Source: Eledone cirrhosa
Lineage: Eukaryota
Reading direction: 5' to 3'
NCBI GenBank assembly: GCA_964016885.1
Contig: OZ024740.1
Location: forward strand, 95,666,001-95,730,000
DNA: 64,000 nucleotides
Below the pieces are notes generated by a model. The model was not told the origin of the DNA, searched no databases, and saw only the letters and a program-made list of their open reading frames with translations. Both the position numbers and the translations under genes were made by a program. Below are positions 56,213 to 64,000 of this stretch, piece by piece. Positions within the stretch are counted from its first letter, which is position 1, and every line of letters starts with the position of its first letter.

Positions 56213-57078
56213 ATGTCCAGGTCAGTAAAAAATCTTTACCTGGGTCCTGTATTTTCGTTGCCCTGGTGATGCGGTCGGACTGCCGACTGCTATATCTAAT
56301 TTGCTAAGCTGTCTGAACAAAATGTTATACTCTGGGGTCTTACCTCATATGAGTGCTAAAGCTACAAACCGAATAAGCATACACGCTAGCTTGGCAGTAT
56401 ACTAGAGCTTCGTCTATGCTGTACTAAAATGTATATTTACTCCTAGAAATAACGATTAACTGATTAATTTTATTTGATGATTCTATTGATTCATTAATTG
56501 TTTAAGTTTGTTTGATAATTTCTAGTCGAGTGCTTTATTCGGTTTGAATAAAGGGATTAATTCCTTTATCTCAAATTAGAATACACCGCCTAAGCGGGGG
56601 TTACCTCCCTTCGGACAAAACCATGTGTCTGTGGCGACCTTTAAAGTCACAGCATATCCGCTTTGGCTAAGAACGAAAGACTTGCTGAAGAAGTAAATCC
56701 TATGTTCTGTCGTCAAAAACCATTATATTGCAGACTCCTGCAATAGGAATTTGAAGATCATGGATTTGCAGAAACATAGCGCTGTCGCTCCGTGCGATTA
56801 TGCGATCAATATTGTGGAAACACCATGAGGATTCTATATTTTACACCCAGCCTCAGCGTTATGTCCAGGTCAGAAAAAAATCTTTACCTGGGTCCTGTAT
56901 TTTCATTGCTCTGGTGATGCGGTCGGACTGCCGACTGCTATATCTAATTTGCTAAGATGTCTGAACATAATGTTATAATCTGGGGTCCTACCTCATATGA
57001 GTGCTAAAGCTACAAACCGAATAAGCATACACGCTAGCTTGGCCGTATACTAGAGCTTCGTCTATGCTGTACTAAAAT
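56213..57078 (+). repeat. ~218-bp direct repeats (56213-56430, 56861-57078) enclosing ~430 bp; small non-coding element
   Basis: ATGTCCAGGTCAG...GCTGTACTAAAAT occurs twice with few mismatches; TA-like flanks. Confidence 0.85.
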
Positions 57079-57134
57079 TTATATATTTTTATATATATAT
57101 ATATTTATATATGAGTGTGTGTGTGTGTGTATGC

Positions 57135-60608
<3,474 letters not shown>

Positions 60609-61330
60609 GCCTCTTTCTTCGGGGCTTTGGGTGAACACTTCCATACGCGGCAACGGCAATACGCCATTTTCAACAGGCACACTATTAAATTGTCCTATTT
60701 AACAACTAGAAACCTACCCCAAAATATATAAGCCTTAAACCGAAGTAGATAGAAAAACGTCCGCGATTCCGCTGAAACAGCAAGCACGAGGAGGCGCGCT
60801 ACACAAATGCCTCTTCCACCGATAGTAACATCATGAACTGTGAATGACCAAGGAATCATAAAGCGCGATCCGGTGATCCTGGCAGCAAAACCCCTCCGAG
60901 TTGTAACTGTAGAAACCCCAGTAACTGTCCCCTGGAAGGCAAGTGCCTTAGCTGTGGTTTAGTCTATGAATGTAGGGTGAGTGCCAATAACCAAACCTTC
61001 ACCTATATCGGAGCCACGGCTAATACATTTAAGGAACGCCGCTACAATCACTACCGCATCTTTAGGACAGTTGAAAAGAAAAATAGCACCTCCCTGTCAG
61101 AACTGGTGTGGCGTCTCAAACAGATTAACTTGGAATACATCTTGTTGTGGTCGAAAGTAGCCTCAGTCCAAACCTACAGAGGGGTGGACATGATTCAAAC
61201 GATCTGTGTGTCACCGGGATTATGGAGATAATCGAGTGGGGAGCTCGAGTTATCAATAAAAGGAGTATCGTCTTCAGTAACAGCCACCACAGATTACCTG
61301 GAAACTTCCTCAAACTGTACGGACTAACTA
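60609..61330 (+). mobile_element. Decayed Hydra-type-like PLE 3' fragment (linker + GIY-YIG)
   Basis: [12 protein letters not shown]; CNCRNPSNCPLEGKCL..LVYECRV..TYIGATANTFKERRYNH..TSLSELVWRLK. Confidence 0.85.
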
Positions 61331-61567
61331 CATAGTTGTACTGTTTGAGGACTAGTGCAAGCATGTTTGGGTTGCTGAGGTTGCTACACAACAACCCCAT
61401 CGACAGGCGTACGCAATCGTTGTTGTTGTCAGAAGGGTAGCAATATCAATACGACTGATGCGGCCAGTGTGGACGACATTTGGTCGGTGTTTTGCTGTTA
61501 TTGTCGTTGTTGTTGTTGCTATTGTTGTTGTTTTTGTAGCTGTCGTCGTTAGGTGGCTGTCAACAAC

Positions 61568-61602
<35 letters not shown>

Positions 61603-61626
61603 CGTGTATAAAAATAACAAAGTAAG

Positions 61627-61680
<54 letters not shown>

Positions 61681-61697
61681 AAAATAACAAAATGAGA

Positions 61698-61742
<45 letters not shown>

Positions 61743-61743
<1 letters not shown>

Positions 61744-64000
61744 CGGCGATGAATTAGTTTAGCGAGGTTTTTTATATGAAATCGTGTGTCGAAACAGATA
61801 TTGTTATACTTGGGGAGGGTCATATTTGCGTAATATTGGCAGAATTAATAACAGAACACACTCACTGTTTGGTTGGTTTTCGCTTCTCGCTGTCTTTTAT
61901 ATCTGCGATCTAACTCACTCGGTCCTCAATGTTGCCATTGACTGACCGACGGTCAGAAATAATACAGATACAATATAGTCACAAACACATATATATAGTT
62001 TACATAATTTACATAAATCTTTCGTTGCACATCTGCAACATCGTCAGTGGTGTTATATTCTTTGTTCCTCCTGTTGTGTTGTATGTCTACGCCATATTTT
62101 TATTCAGTCTGTCTATATATTTATTTATTTATTTGCTTGTTTGTTTATCTTATTTTATTTTGTCTTCTTTGCGCATGCGTTTGCGTGTGTGTATAGTGTT
62201 ATGTTTGCTCTTGACTAGTGTGTATAGTGTTGTGTCTGCTGGGTGACTAGTGTCTGTTTATGTGCTTGTTGTTATTGTGCTTGTGTATGTATTTATTTAT
62301 CTTATTTTATTTTATTTTATTTACTTATTTATACTTCTCTTAGGTCAGTGTTGTTTGTTTGGGTGTTGTTGTTGTTCCACTCATTCTTTCTGTTTAGCTT
62401 TGGTCTTCTAATTTCTATTTCACTGGCCTATCTGATTTGCCTATCTGCTGGGTCATTCCTATGTTTAGATATTATTCTAATTTCTATGTTGTCTATGTTA
62501 CCGTCATGTTGTTGTCTAGCATGTTCGTATAGTACTGACCCGTTTTTTCCTCCTTTTAGTTCCCCCCAGTGTTGGTCTATCCTTTCACCTATGCTACGAG
62601 CTGTCTCACCTATGTATGTTGTTGTCATGTTTCTGCAATTACCCTCTGTACATCTTATGCTATAGACTACGTTTCTAGTTTTACAGTTTATCCGTGGGTT
62701 CACCTTCATATGATACATTTCCTATTGGTTCAGTGGGTTTTCTTAAAAGGGTAGGTTTTGCTGATCAGTGATTTTTTAGTGGTTCCTGGCTTTTCTACCA
62801 CCTTTATTTTTAAGTGGGTCTTTCTCAGGGCCTTTCTACACTGGTTAGCTAATTTCCCTCCAGGGGTGGCGTCCACAAACATGACACTCTGATATCTCTG
62901 GTTGTCGTACCATGATGTGGCCTTCCCTATGTTATGTCTAGACCTATCTAAGCTATTCCATGATATGCTCCTGTATAGTGGGCAAATTCCTTTCATGTCC
63001 AGTTCTATGAGGATCTTATACTTTTCCATGGCTCCTTCGTATACTCTGACTCTGTCTCTTTGGTTGTAGCCAGATAACTGCATGCGGTTGATGATGTGTT
63101 GGATGTGTCTTTCCATTTCTGTTGGGTCGCACATGCTGGACACATTCTTCATCACTCGTACCAAATCTGCGATCAGAATATTAAACTTAGCACTACTGGA
63201 CATTGCTGAGTTTTGAGTACCAGGTATTTGTAGGCCATGGGTTTAGCATAGTGTGAGTGGAGAATTTGGGCTCTCTCGTCTATAGTGTTAATCCAGAGTT
63301 ATGTGTCTAATACAGGTAGTCTATAGTTAGGGTGTTTGGAAGGGAAGTCGATAGTTACAGTTATACTCTGGTGTATGGAATTAGCTATCTGCTGGATGCT
63401 TTCCATCGTGCTACGTTCTAAATCAAACTTGTTAGTGCTCTCTAGTGGGGGTGTTCTTATAACTATATTGATATCGTCTACATAACGAGAGTACATGATG
63501 AGGTCTATGGAGCTTTCATTAAGGAGATCTTTAAGTCTCCTTTCCCACCAAACCATGAAAAGGTTGGCAACATCACCAGCTTTGCTGACGCTGATGGCTG
63601 CTCCCTCATTTTGGGTGTAGATTTTCTCATTGAACTTAAATATGTGGCCCTTTAGGGTAGTTTTGATACTAGCCGCTATTGCATGTGCGACCATTTTTCT
63701 TACCTGATCAGTGTTTTGGGGGGTCCGTATAGCTTTGGTCCACCCAATCCACCTTCCTATTGGAGTATTTCTTGCCATTGAGGTTATGGTGGGGGGTCTA
63801 CCTCTTATAGGTCTACAAGGGCAGAAACATCTAAGGTCATGGCTGTCTAGGTTGTCAGTGTCGTAGGTAAGTCTAAGTAGGAGGCCCAGTTCGTCTGTGT
63901 CGACGTCGCAGAACTCCACCTCACTCTCAATGATCATCTCCACACGTCTTTTCACAGCAAAATCAATGTTAATGGATAGGTACAGTGACACCACATCCAT
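61743..64000 (-). mobile_element. Penelope-like element E (distinct clade, possibly Nematis-like), frameshifted; continues beyond the window
   Basis: DVVSLY, long insert, HIFKFNEKIYTQNEG...VANLFMVWW, RYVDD, LPVLD; NVVYSIRC...YIGETARSIGERIDQH; 3' end abuts (TA)n at 61742. Confidence 0.88.

Overview
AT-rich animal DNA with many (TA)n tracts, probably cephalopod: a SINE-like fragment at ~40.05 kb resembles Octopus repeats as I recall them, not verified by search. No host protein-coding gene can be supported. (1) Positions 1-21160 are a 469/470-bp satellite of about 43 forward monomers, with a 2817-bp six-monomer higher-order repeat that decays toward the edge, ending in a fold-back inversion of about 2 monomers next to a (TA)n tract. 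Every monomer I examined carries a minimal type I hammerhead ribozyme motif, intact or point-mutated (stem I-CUGAUGA-stem II-GAAAC-UA-GUC-stem I'), so the array looks like an amplified retrozyme. (2) The rest is a cluster of Penelope-like retroelements (PLEs; RT + GIY-YIG) of at least three types sitting in (TA)n tracts, several with inverted 3'-end duplications and one nested inside another. Most PLE tails carry their own hammerhead with a palindromic stem III. RTE-LINE, Tc1/mariner and SINE remnants lie in between. Main hypothesis: a hammerhead-bearing non-autonomous RNA was mobilised by PLE machinery into a TA tract and expanded into a higher-order-structured satellite.
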